The notes: generated from the letters alone by a model not told the origin. Positions 38,448-51,575 are shown, counted from the first letter of the stretch. The stretch is DNA of 64,000 nt from Octopus sinensis (GCF_006345805.1 NC_043001.1:80848001-80912000); one strand, 5' to 3'. Translations and numbers: made by a program.

Positions 38448-38850
38448 CAGGGATTCTCAACCGTTTTTTAACCTATGGACCCCTGTAATTAATATTCTAT
38501 TCTGGTGGACCCCCATAGCCATTCGAAGTTTAAAAACTAGTTTAGAAAGAAACCTAGCTGCTTTGTGCAATACATCTAAAGGAAAATTTTTTCAGGCGCC
38601 CTCAAAATACTGTCATGGATCCCCAATTTACTATTTTGTTACGTGGACCCTAGTTGAGAACCACTGTGTTAAAGAAAGAAACCTAGCTGTTTCTTGTAAT
38701 ACATACCAATACATACATATAAAGCAAAATTTTTTTCAGGAGCCCTTAAAATACTATTATGAATCCCCAATTTACTATATTGTTTCGTGGATCCAAAAAA
38801 ATCGTATATGGACCCTCAGCGGTTATATAGACTCCAGTTGAGAACCACTG
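38448..38850. mobile_element. hAT-type MITE with duplicated right half
   Basis: Left end cagggattctcaac. Right ends gttgagaaccactg at 38653-66 and 38837-50. Degenerate 8-bp flanks gttcacac/gtttaccc (6/8). Confidence 0.7.
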
Positions 38851-38910
38851 GTTTACCCTATTATGTGTGAGTGAGGGGGAAAGATTTAGTTGCAGGTGGA
38901 ATCTTTTTAA

Positions 38911-39132
38911 CTCATTAGCATTCAGATTACCTTGTCAAATGTAATGCTTATTTATTCACATTTGTTTTGCATTAATCATACATTAATTCATAGCTTTCAG
39001 ATTTCAGTGATGTGGTTGCTTATTTTTAGAATGACATAGTAAAATTAGGTGTGAGAGACTTAATCTGGTCAGTTTGAACATGAAACTGGTGGAATATTTG
39101 TACCGGATATACTCGGCTTGAGTGCTAAAGGG
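38911..39132. mobile_element. piggyBac-type MITE family 1
   Basis: TTAA|ctcattagcattcagatt ... gtgctaaaggg|ttat. Confidence 0.7.
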
Positions 39133-39179
39133 TTATGTTTTGGTTGAATAAAGCTAATGAAGGCTTAAGCAACAGCTAA

Positions 39180-39370
39180 TTCTATTACTACAACTACTAC
39201 TGGTGCTGGTGCTACTGCTACATCTACTACTACTACTACTACTACTACCTCCACCACCACCACCATCATCACTACTACTATTACTACTACTACCACCACC
39301 ACCACCACCATCACTACTACTACTACTACGACCATCACTGCTACTCACTACTACTACTACTGCTGCTACT
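39180..39370. repeat. (CTA)/(CCA) trinucleotide tract
   Basis: Direct inspection. Confidence 0.9.
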
Positions 39371-40664
39371 ATTATACCCTGATAATCTTCATTTGTGGCT
39401 TGAAAACATGATTATGTCAGAAAAAATATAACAAAGGAAACAAAGCAAGAATGACTATGGTAGAAAATATGGTTGGTTCTAAGTTAGCTTGAATATAAAA
39501 TCATTTGGAGTATCGTAACTGACTTGGGACTTGAACGTATTTTGTATTATTTATTTATTTCTCTTTTGCAAACATTTTATTTTTCTATTTACCATTCCTG
39601 GAGAAGGATGGATGGATGGATGGATCAAAGTTTAAACTTTTCATGAAAACTGTTTGATTATTTATTTCTTGTGAAATATTCAATAAACTTATCCTTTGTG
39701 TTGTACTTGAAGGGTTTATTTGAACGAAATGATCCCACTCCTCTTTTTTCCATTTCTAGTACTTATTTTGTTGTTTTGTTTTGCTACAATAAGTTACAGG
39801 GACATAAACAAGCCAACACCAGTTGACAAGCGGTGTTTGCAGATTAAAACACACACACACACAGATAGATGTTAATCCTGGAGTTCACTCTTTTAAGCTC
39901 AACAGCAGATACAGGCTATCAGATATGCCTTTAATTTGAAGATTGATATTTTTCAAATCATGTTTTAGAAGATCCATAAATATTCATTGCATTTATGTAA
40001 TTATTTCCAATGAGAATGGAGTGAGCAAGTTGTTTTATTAAGTAAATTTACAATTGTTTCATCAACATCCAAACTCATATTATTACAGTTAAAAGTTGAC
40101 TCATTAGAATCATATATAAAATATAATTCTATACATACACATGTATGTATCTGTCTATTATATCCATTCACAAGGTGTTGATTGACCCAAGATTATTGTA
40201 GATGACACTTACTCAAGGTGCTGTGCAATGAGACTGAACCCAAGGCCTTACAGATAGGAAGCAAGCTGCTTAATCACACAAGCCTTGCTTGCACAAATGG
40301 TGACAAACTTTTTAATCCCCTCCAATCATTTTTAACTTCAAATGAGATATATGAATAGCTTTATATTAGCTTGAATATTTTTTGTATTTCTATCCAACTG
40401 GTGATGATCCATGTCTCGTGCAACACACTTCTCTAAAAGGGGTTGCCTATACTTAGATTGGACCCTTCAAAGTGATACCCCAGCCCTGCTGCAGTTCAAT
40501 GGCTGAAGTTAGTTGGAGAATAAAAGAATTTGATGGAAGCCTTCTGTAATTTGATGGCCAGTGAATTATCTTCAATGATGAATTCAGTTAGCCCTTTTAG
40601 TACCAATACACCTGAGAATGCCCTTTGTTATATGATGCAGATTTCATTGTTTAAAGTGGTCTGA

Positions 40665-41138
40665 CACTTTAGCATTCAGATTATTCTGCCACATGTATTC
40701 TTCACTGTCAAAGACAACAGATGAGCACTCTGCAATTTCTTGAACACTCTGCACAAATGATTTGTTTATTGTGATCAAATGTTTGTACTGCACATAAAGC
40801 TAATGCCTTTCATCAAATTGACATTGCCTGAACAGGTGCACAATATGTCAGATGTCAAAGTGATCACAGAGCATGAGATAAAGTGTTTTGTTTAGAACAC
40901 AATTAATTGCTTGGTCTGAGAATTGGAACCACGATTTTGTAGTTGTGCGGGCAACACCCCAACCACTAAGTCACATACCCCCTACCAAATGTCATGCCTA
41001 TTTATTTACATTGTTTTGAACTAATAATGTATGATTTCATAGCTTCGAGATTTCAAAGATGTGATTGTTTATTTTTAGAATGACATTGTAGTGTGGGTGT
41101 GGGAAACAGAATCTTGAGCCACTTTAAATGCTAAAAGA
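40665..41138. mobile_element. piggyBac-type MITE family 1 split by a SINE-C insertion (~40705-40980)
   Basis: Left part ctttagcattcagatt. The right part (caaatgtcatgcctatttatttacattg...aatgctaaaaga) resumes after the SINE. Confidence 0.65.
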
Positions 41139-41259
41139 CTAAATTAAAACCTTCAGTCAAAATTTCATGTTAATTTATGTTCAAACATAAATACCAGCAG
41201 TGAAATTCAAAAGTGCAACAACTGTACACAGAATAAAACAGGAAAAAGACAGAAAAGTA

Positions 41260-41645
41260 TATAGGTACAGTTGTGGCTCTATGATAAGAAGCTTGCTTCC
41301 CAACCTCAAGTTCTTGGTTCAGTCCCACTTTGTGGCACCTTGGGCAAGTGTCTTCTTCCATATCCACAAGCTGACCAAAGCCTTGTGAGTGGATTTGGTT
41401 GAGGGCAACTGAAAGAACCTGTTTTGTATGTATATATGTATGTGTGTATTTGTCTTTGTGTTTGTCCTCCATCATTACTTGGAAACCCTGTAACATAGCA
41501 GTTTGACTAAGGAGACTGATAGGATAAGTACTAAGCTTAAGAAATAAGTCCTGGGGTTAATTTGTTCAACTAAAACCCATCAAAGTGGTACTTTAACATG
41601 GCTACAGTCAAATGACTGAAACAAGTAAGATAATAAAAGTAAAAG
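41260..41645 (+). mobile_element. SINE-A copy
   Basis: Full head-to-tail match to 35971-36384. Confidence 0.8.
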
Positions 41646-42619
41646 AGCCATAAAAAGGAATGAGTACATAGGTACATTAGGAATAATGTTGGCGAAACAG
41701 AAATTTTGAAGGGTGCAGTTGCCTGACAGTTAATAACCAACACATGTATAAAGATAATGGTAAATCTTGAATTATAAAGGTAGATCATAAATTGTAATGA
41801 TAGATCCCCAGTGTTTATTTTATCTCATTGAGAACTAGGTTAATGTGAGATGGCTGTGATGGGATTACAATAAAACAGCTTAATTAGTAGTTACTGTCTA
41901 CACCTTGAGTTTATCTGGATGATTGGAAATGGTCTTATTTCTTCTTTGACACAGAATGTGTGTGTGTGTGTGTCCTTTTATCGGCCACCATAAAAAATAC
42001 TAAGACTAAAATAATCTATACAAACATTTTCTCCTCAGTCACAAACAATCTATATGTATACATTCACCCACCACCCATATATAACTTGTAGATATGGCAT
42101 GCATACTGTACACCACTCATGACTGTTCTCTCATGCACATACACAAATACACACACTCACATAGAAGTAGAGAAATGAAGGTTACACACACCACAAATGC
42201 TGGTGACATACAGCTCATGCACATGCACACACAAATGCAGGTAACATGCACTCTATGCCACACATGCATACACACATAAATGCAGGTAACATTCTCTCTA
42301 TGCTACAAATACACAATACACACACTCATTCACACACGCAAACACATATTCACACAAACACACACACTCATACATAAATGTAGGTGACAACACTCCATGC
42401 AAACATACATACATGCACACACACACACACACACCATTCACCCCCACTAACATAAGAGAGCACACAGTAAAGACCGGACATGAACACAAGGTAAATATCT
42501 TTCTGGATATCCGGGATTAGGTGGTAGGTCAACACAAGATACTTCCCCACACGCACATCTCTTTACGGCTCAAAGTTACTCTCCTTATTTCAACTGTCAC
42601 TGAAGGCAGTGAGCAGGAA

Positions 42620-42820
42620 GAATTATTACTATGCCAGACAATTTGTTTAGTGGCGTTTCTTCTGGCGTTATGCCTTTATTTCCAATTCAACATAGGTCAA
42701 CTTTGCCTTTTATCCTTTTGAGATCGATAAGATAAGTACAAGTAGAGCACTGGAGTTGATGCAATCATCTTACCCCCTGCTCCAGAATTGCGGACCTTGT
42801 GCCTACAATTAAAAAGAATA
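42620..42820 (+). mobile_element. SINE-B copy
   Basis: ggcagtgagcagg...ctttgccttttatccttttgagatcgataagataagtac. Confidence 0.65.
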
Positions 42821-43439
42821 TTTCTTCTTTAACTATTTATATTTCTTGCATATATGTGATGATACTAGTAGCAGCAGCAGTAGTGGTGGTGGTGGTGTAT
42901 GTGTTGCTTTATTATCCAATGCACACACTTTTGTAGAGCTTGCAGACCTTGGTCTTTCCCTCCATATATAAATATGTGTGTGTGTATGTGTAATGTATAG
43001 GAAAGGGGCACATGTAGTTAGAAGCTTGCTTCTCAACCATGTGGTCTTGGCTTCTGTCCCCACTGCACAGTACCAAAAAAAGTGTCTTTTTCTATAGTGC
43101 TGAGCTGACCAAAAGTTTGTGCATGAATTTGGGTGAGTACCAGGTTTAGAAAATAAAATAAGTATTCGTAGCGATTTGTTTGACTAAACCCTATAAGACA
43201 CTGCTCTAGCATGGCTGCAATCCAATGACTGAAGCAAAAGAAGCACACACACACACAAAATCAGGATTCGAGTGAATCAGGCACTTAAATGGTAAGGCAC
43301 CAAGTTGGATCAAAATAGAGTAATACATATGTAGGTACCAAAGTACCTACATATGCATTTCTATACAGCAAGGGTCTTAGAATCATGGAGGTGCATTTCC
43401 TGTTGGCTTTTGAATGTTTTTGGATGTTGTGGTTCATGT

Positions 43440-43528
43440 ATTCACCTGATGAAAACAGTATTTTTTTTCTAATGATGCAATGTCTCCATTAATTAATTAA
43501 AAAGTCATTAGAAACAGCTGTAGTGAAT
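43440..43528 (+). ncRNA. Hammerhead-like remnant with palindromic stem III (Penelope type) and expanded stem II region
   Basis: ATTCAC-CTGATGA-(58 nt)-GAA-ACAGCTGT-A-GTGAAT: perfect 6-bp stem I, palindromic ACAGCTGT, GUA site. Confidence 0.45.
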
Positions 43529-43546
43529 TGACACATTATCCATCTG

Positions 43547-43569
<23 letters not shown>

Positions 43570-43584
<15 letters not shown>

Positions 43585-43854
43585 TGCATAGCTTAGTAGT
43601 TAAAGTGTTGCAGTCATAAGCATGAGAGTGGTGTTTCAGTTCCTTGACCAGGTGGCGTGTTGTGTTCTTGAGCAAAACACTTTATTTCACATTGCCCTGC
43701 TGTTATTTCAACTCCTGACGTGTGATACACCGTGCACCTGTTCAAGCGATATCGATTTGATGAAGAGAGTGAGCTGACGCACAGCACATACATTTGATCA
43801 TAATAAACAAATCATTTATGCAGGTTTCATACGTCGTTTTCAACTGGAGAGTCT

Positions 43855-43860
<6 letters not shown>
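43570..43860 (+). mobile_element. SINE family C, tail type 3 (homolog at 40705-40980, minus)
   Basis: Same head and gtgttcttgagcaaaacactttatttcac domain. The tail gtgcacctgttcaagc..ataaacaaatcattt is shared with 40705-40860. Confidence 0.7.
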
Positions 43861-43949
<89 letters not shown>

Positions 43950-44254
43950 TCTGCCTTAAAGATTTTTTTGGGTCAAAGAAATTGACCCTGGAATTTATTA
44001 TTTGTAAGCTTAGTACTTATTCTATTAGTCACTTTTGCTGAACTGCCATGTAAACACACCAACATTGGTTGTCAGGTGATGGTGGGAGAACAAACACAAA
44101 CACAAAGACACACACACACATAAATATAGATACAGATATATGAAATAAGTATATATGTCCCACCCATGCAAGCATAGAAGGCAGGTGTTAAACGATGATG
44201 ATGGTGGTTTATATTATTTGTTTTTCTGAGATATAAATGCACTCACCAACCCTC

Positions 44255-44264
44255 CATATATATG

Positions 44265-44321
<57 letters not shown>

Positions 44322-44382
44322 ATATATATATGTATATATAATATATATATGTATATAATATATATATGTATATATGTATATA

Positions 44383-44425
<43 letters not shown>
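44255..44425. repeat. Interrupted (TA)n tract
   Basis: Direct inspection. Confidence 0.9.
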
Positions 44426-44427
<2 letters not shown>

Positions 44428-45021
44428 TGTACACACACACCACACACACACATCCATGCACTTAGACACACATAGTATTGAATACTGTATATAGTTGATG
44501 TGTGTGTTGGTGTGCAAACTTCAAAATTTTTGTTTCTGCTTATATAATTAATTCAAATAGTTGACACACAAACACACAGCCGCCTACCATCACCCACATG
44601 CTTTTTTATTACACACCTACATATAGCAAAGAGTAGGACAGCTGAAAGAGTGAGGAAGCCAGGGAAGGAGATTCATTCAGTAAATTATTTAGGTCAGGGA
44701 ATGACCTTAAATCTAATCAGTGAGCATTCTCTACATTCTCATTCTTGTCCTGACTCAGGAGGTCACGTACATGTTTTGTATAAATACAGTTGTATATATG
44801 TGTGTGTATATATATATACTTATCATCATCATCACCACCATCATTTAACGGCTGTTGCCCATACTGGGATGGGTTGGACCCTATCTATCTATATATGTAA
44901 AGCATAATATATTATACATTTATGTATATTGCTATAATTGTCTTTTAAAAAAATAAATAAATAGACATAAAATATGTCTAAAAGTTGAATACCACCTCTT
45001 GATCCCCTCCATTTTCTTGTT

Positions 45022-45118
<97 letters not shown>

Positions 45119-45341
45119 GAGGGAGAGATGCTGTGATCAATAGGTAGATATACATGTGTGTGTATGAATATACACACATATACACACTGTTGAATATAAA
45201 TATATATATGGCGGTGCCCCAGCATGGCCACAGCTCATGAGCTGAAACTGGAATCAATCAATCAATCAATCAATCATATATATAAATGTATATATTTCGA
45301 TAGTTAACATGCTATTTAATATATATATATATATATATATA

Positions 45342-46114
45342 CGAAGGAGTGCTGAAAAGTTCCTGTTTTGGATTTTAAAAAAATACAGGGGGATCAGTTA
45401 ATTATGGTTTTAATCAACCTGTTCCTCTCTCTGATTCAGTCACTTATTGCAGCTGTTCTCCAGTTTTTCTAAGCCCTGTAAAAAAACTTAGAAGGTTGGG
45501 CCTCCAGCTAGGCCTTTTGCGATACCTTTAAACTCATAACATCAGTTGACATAAATTTACATGCACTATGTACTTGCTTTGAATCAGATGAAAATATATA
45601 CACCCCTATCTGCTGCAGTTTTGTACCTGTTTATGTACTAGTTTATATATATATATCCGCTGTCACTCGCAGAATCAATAATAGGGGTCACCGTGCAAAT
45701 TTCAAGGAATCTGATAGGTTTGTTACACTATTCTTCATGTAAGTATTTCCAACTCTGTTCGAGACTTAATCACCATAATAGTATAAAAGCAGCAGTTTTG
45801 GCAGTTACACCGCTATTTTGACTATGACTTCCTATCAAATTCATACACATTCAGCGAATTCTTCTGGTCCTTCATAGAATTTACAGTTGCCTCCAGCTTC
45901 ACCAGTTTCATTGAATTTACGGTCCTCACAGTGATGAAAGTTTACATAAATAAACAGTGCATGCTATGAAGCGGTTGACAGATATATGCTGAACCATTGT
46001 CGTGCACTAATTACTGATCTCAGCCAAGATAATTACTGTCAGTGCAACCTAGTTACCTAATAAAAAAAATCCATTGTCATGAGGTTAAAACCAGGAACTT
46101 TTCAGCACCCCTTG
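45342..46114. mobile_element. Same mariner-type MITE interrupted by a 553-bp insert
   Basis: TA|cgaaggagtgctgaaaagttcctg ... ccaggaacttttcagcaccccttg|TA. The first ~190 bp align with the 2472 and 2717 copies. Confidence 0.8.
45532..46084. mobile_element. TTAA-flanked 553-bp insert, candidate piggyBac-type non-autonomous element
   Basis: TTAA at 45528-31 and 46085-88. The uninterrupted copy at 2472-2688 has a single TTAA here (cccTTAAagccagg). Ends actcataaca and (rc) cctcatgaca match 8/10. Confidence 0.5.
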
Positions 46115-47209
46115 TATATAAATACTTTTTATTAAGAAGAATATAGTGTTGACAGTGACTTTGAAGTTTTGATTTGCATATGAAAGCTAAATAGGCTAAA
46201 ACTTCGTCTTGTTCAAAAATTGTGTGTGTATATGTGTGGTTAGATACACATATAGATACAAATGTAGATATCTAGATATGAGAGACGAGAGAGAGAGAGA
46301 GAGAGATGTATGTGTGTCTTCATACACAAAGATTGTTACATTCATGAAATATATATGTATACTAATTTATAAGTAGCCTAATAAGTACTTTCATACACAC
46401 ATATACATACTTAAGTGTTGTCATATCTAGCTAGCCTACCTACCTTATATTTAAGTATGTTTGTCTATACATTTTCAGTGACACATTCCATCCATACACA
46501 TATACACAACAATTTCTGCACAGTTAATTCCTGTAAAAGAACCTTGATTCTTGGTTAGAAACTAGGTCTTTCTCTTTTGGTAAGAGATAAAACCAGAGCT
46601 ACATGCATAAGTACAGAAGTGGTAGTATTTCATCATGGCAGGTGTAATACCCTGACAACTGCAATGATAATTATCTCTTCTGAAGTCATTCATTTCTGTT
46701 ATTCTGTGAGACCATGTCTAGTCATAGGGGAATATTACTTTATTTAGAAAAAAGGTAAGGGTAGGTGACAAGGAAGAGCATTTGGTTGTAGCAAAGCTGC
46801 TCCAATAAATCTGTCTGACCCATGCAAGCATGGAAATGTAGATGTTAAAATGATGAATGATGACTTTATTGTTACAGAATTATTGATGCTAAGCTAGGTT
46901 TATCCATCCTTTTGACTGCATTTCTAGCAACCCTCGTCATGAGGCAACATGCTGTTATAGTGACAGGCAGTCCGGTCATGTAACTTGTTGTACTGGATTA
47001 CCTTATCAGTTGTGCTCAAAGCCATGTGACCTACATATATACATATGCATGTATGCATGCACTAATAATCACTAGTGCACTTGGTTTACATATCTAAATA
47101 ATAAAGTGAAAATATGAAAAGCTAGGATGTTCAAGTAAAGAAAGAAAAAATGCAAATACAGTCTATTATAAATGGAACAGGAAAAATATGCAATACTTCC
47201 CAATAATAG

Positions 47210-47590
47210 GCACAAAGACGGTTGTGCAGTTAAGAAGTTCATTTTCTAACCCTGTGGTTTTGATTTCATTCCTGCTGCATGACATTTTGGGCAAGGGTCT
47301 TCTACTGTATCCTCAGATTGGCCAATGCTTTATGAGTGAATTTAGTAGGTGGAAACTGTGTGAACCCTGTTGTGTGTGTGTGTTTGCTTCCTCTATCCAC
47401 CACTTGACAACTAGTTTTGGTTTGTTTACATCCCTGTAATGTTATGGTTTGGCAAGAGAGACTTATAGACTAAGCACCAGACTATTAAAAGGAAAAAGAC
47501 AAACAAAATTTGACCAATTTGTTTCACTAAAACCCATCAAAGCAGTGCTCTGGCATGGCTGCAATCTAATGACTGAAACAAGTAAAAGTT
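47210..47590 (+). mobile_element. SINE-A copy
   Basis: Head-to-tail match, more diverged. Confidence 0.75.
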
Positions 47591-50500
47591 AATAAAATGG
47601 TAAAAAAAGAAATGAACATGAAAGAACTATCATTGTTGTTGGCCAAATTCCAATAACAGAGCTCTTGTTTCTTTATTTGAAGCCCGCTCTCTCCTTTTGG
47701 GAAGAATTCTTATGAATAAAAATTATGTGAAGACATACATACATATTATGTAAAAGCATGTATGCATACATACGTAGATGCATGATGCATGCATACATAT
47801 GAAGGTGCACACACTGCTACATATATTTATGTACATACAGATACACACATAGACACTTGTAGCACACCACCATCACTATTTTCCATCGTATTTTTGATTA
47901 GTGAAATAATTTTCCACTAAAGTCCCTTGCTCATGTTCTATTACATATCATAAAATACAATGGAACTCCTTCCCAGGTTATATAGATTCATAAGGCTGAA
48001 TTCTTGTTTTCTGTAGTATATATTTATTCCTCACTGGATAGGACGTTAGTCTGTCACAGGAATACTCATTTTTGGCAGCTAAGTGGACTGGAGCAGTGTG
48101 AAATGAAGTATTTTGCCTAAGGACATAATGCATTGCCTGGTCCAGAAATTGAAACAACAATCTTATGAGCCCAACAACCTAACCTAACCACTAAGCCATT
48201 CAGTATTTATCATAAGATGAGCTCATTTCTTACCCCCATCTCTCTCTCTTTCTCTCTCTCTCATTTACATATACTTTTTTTCATACAAGTACTTAGTGAC
48301 CCTGTCAGTGCAGGTGCCACTTAAAAAGCACCCAGTCCACACTGTAAAGTGGTTTGTGTTTGGAAGAGCATCCTGCTGTAAAAATCTTCCCAAAACTGAT
48401 CTCACTTGTGCATGGGCCACGTAAAAAGCACTACTCACCCTGCCTGTGCTTGTGCCATGAAATAAGCACTGAGTCCCCTCTGCTGAGTGGTTGGTGTTAG
48501 GAAGGGCATCCGACTGGAAGAATCTTGTGAAAACAGTCACAGAAGTTTGGTGCAGGCTTCGGCCTGGCTAGCTCTTGTTAAACCATCCCACCCATGCTAG
48601 CATGGAAGACGGACATTAAACAATGATGATGATGATGAAACCTCTTATGCCACATGATGCCATGCCTTTCTCCCATTACAACATGCTTGTTCAGCTGCAC
48701 ACAACACTGTCCCTCTTTATCTCCAAAATATTGGTCAAATTTGTAGTCTAACAGCTTAACCACTCAGCCATTTCATTTCTTTAAGTTTGGTTACTAAATC
48801 TACTAATAAACACTGAAAACTGATCCATTAAAAAGTGTCTACTTCTTTAGTAGATCGATAAAAAAGCATCTGCTTGTTTTTGATACAGACCTGCCTCAAT
48901 CAGACTACCCATGTTTCTATGATATGAAGTTTGATTTAAAGTGATTTAAACTTAAAATCTTCCATCAAAAGTTCATGTTAATGTATACCCCAAACACCTG
49001 CTTAATAATGACATTGTTATTTTACTAATTTCTTCATTATTTTCATTGAAATAATGGCAGCGTCTTTCAAGAGGAAAATGAAAATAAAAGGGTTAATTCT
49101 AGTTCCTTAAACTACAAATTAAGATGGCTAAAGATTGATCCATAAGAATGAATCTGGACCCATTTAATTAACATTGCCAGTGGTGAGATTTGAACCAGTG
49201 AAACTAGCTTAACCTTTAGTGATCTACAAGGATGAATCTGAACCCTTCTAAATAGCCAGCACACTGTCAGTGGTGAGATTTGAATCAGTGACTCTTCTAT
49301 CAGATGATAAGCTTATATTGTCTGAACACTGCCATGTATCTTTAGTGACTCTGGTTCCATTAATGATTTACTTTTATAACTAGCTTAACCTTTAGCGTGC
49401 TGCTTTATAACATCACATTACGCAGATGACAATCACCTCCGCCAACAACAATGATGTCATTGTTTCCTTCTCTATACTGCTGCAGTAGCTACAGTAGTGA
49501 TGAATGCTTCAAATTTCATTTAGTCAATGACCCAGGTTAGTGACAGTGCTATAACATAATAAAACAATACTGTGACCACAGTTACCTGCGGCATAGTAAA
49601 GGTCAAAATTTGAAGACCTGGTGAACTGTTCACCTTTAGTGTTTATGTTCACTTTAAATCGGTTGTATTTATGAGAAATAAATTACTAGATATTTCTATT
49701 AAAGTGTCTGTCAGCAGAAAAGACTGTCATCAGTATAATAATATACTATATTGATTGGTGAGATACTAAAATGCTAACCCACCCCTTTCACAAGCTCAAA
49801 AGTCCTTAGGATTGGTAATTAATTCCACTCTCTAATAGCACTCCAGACTTGGCTATGTGGGTTGCTTCCTAACCACATGGTTTTGGGTTCAGTCCCAGTG
49901 TGTATCTCCTCAGGCAAGTGTCTTTTACTATGGCTTTTTGACCAACTAAACACTTATGAGTGAGATTTGGTTAATAGAAACTGGATGAAGCCTTGTGTGT
50001 GTATGTATGTATGTATGTATGTTTATGGTGTGTATGTGCTTGTATGGTATGTGTGTGTATGCATATGAAGGGCATCCAGCTATAGAAAATTTACCTAAAT
50101 AAGCTCCTACTGACTTACGCGAGCACAGAAAAGAGGATGTTAAAATGATCATTTTCATCATCACCACCACCATCAGCATCATCATTTAATGTACATTCTC
50201 TATGCTGGTATGAGTTAGATAGTTTGACAGTAGCTGACCAGCTGAAGAACTGCCTGGCTCCATTTGCCTGTTTTGGCATGGTTTCTATGGCTGGATGCCC
50301 TTCCTAATTCCAACCGCTCTACAGAATGTACTGGGTACTTTTTTTGTGGCACAGGCACTTTTACATGGTACCAGCACATACACTATTATGTGACACTTGA
50401 ACCGGCGCTTTTTTATGGCACTGACATGGACCCTTTTACCTGGTGCCAACACCCACAAGCCTGCAAAATTAGGATCTCTCAGCTGAGAGACAGATGTAGA

Positions 50501-50859
50501 GGACATGTCCATATGCATTGACAATCTTCATATATTTATATCTGTAATAATATTCTTTGGTAGTTTTATACAAGTTTCTACTGCACCATCTAATGCACTG
50601 GCATGTCCCTGAGGTTTGAGCAGCATTGTGTTATTTTTGTGGAATTTGGGTGACTGTAGACTCCTCTGGTCGGGGTGCTGCATCAGTTTTTGTTATGGGG
50701 GTCTAGTTTCTTGTTATATTAGTGTATGTGTTTTTATTTTATTATAATTATTATTTATACTGTTTTCCAAGCATCACCCAGAGATCTCAAATAAGAGCAA
50801 GTTGGATGTTTTACTGTGGGAGTTATTTAGGATTAACAACGATAAATTATTGAAGGAGA

Positions 50860-51045
50860 CCAGATGCTAAGAGCTAAGATTGTTAAATTTGTAATATTTC
50901 ATTCTGGGTTCAAATTTTGACAAAATTGACTTTGCCTTTCATATTTTCGGGGTCGATAAAGAAACATACCACTTGAGTACTAGGGTCGATGTAACTGACT
51001 ACCCGCCTCCTCCAATTTCATGTCTTCTTCCAAAAGTAGAAAGAA
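50860..51045 (+). mobile_element. SINE-B copy ending ~85 nt upstream of exon 2
   Basis: ctgggttcaaattttgac..gactttgcctttcatattttcggggtcgataaag. Confidence 0.7.
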
Positions 51046-51132
51046 TTATTATTATTATTGTTGTTGCTGTTTTAATTATTACAATAAAATAATTCATGAA
51101 TCTTGATATTTCTTCTTTAAAATCTCTTGCAG

Positions 51133-51318
51133 AAACTCCAAATTGATGACAATTATTGTGGAACTTTAGATATCAACACACCAATAGCTGGGACTGTACC
51201 AGTGGAGGTTCCCTTTACACAGGATTTCCCTTCGATTATAGCTTCTGCTGTAGCTGTATCGATAACTTATGATTACACTGTGGCTTTCATTGGAACTACC
51301 GTTGGCACCGTCATCAAA
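51133..51318 (+). CDS. PlexA: Plexin second coding exon (62 codons, Sema domain continuation)
   Basis: KLQIDDNYCGTLDINTPIAG...YTVAFIGTTVGTVIK matches plexin-A PIDDNFCGLDINQPLGG...YSVVFVGTKSGKLKK. Acceptor ttgcAG at 51131-32, donor AAA|GTAAGA at 51318/51319, phase 0/0. Confidence 0.92.
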
Positions 51319-51575
51319 GTAAGAACACATTTTCTCTATCTTCCTTTTTTTTATATCTATATGTGTATAAAAATGGAAAAGCATAAATTTCACATCGTTC
51401 ATACTTCATATTCAACAGCTGTTTCATTAAGGTAGACATCAATATTACATATGTAATTATGTTTTTGTGACACATAAAATAAATCTTTAATTTGGTTTGT
51501 GCGCCTGTTCTCACTTGTGGTTGTAAATGTTGAATAATGACAGAAAGAGTACAATAATGAATACAAGTGACTAAA

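Larger units (their letters stand above)
10407..51132 (+). other. 40,726-bp phase-0 GT-AG intron of the plexin gene
   Basis: GTAAGT at 10407 and ttcttctttaaaatctcttgcAG at 51132. The join gives continuous plexin sequence TLCQKT|KLQIDDNYCG. Confidence 0.88.

Noticed and set aside
38404-38841. 145-aa ORF with an internal repeat
   Set aside because: Lies over the duplicated hAT MITE and shows no protein-family features.
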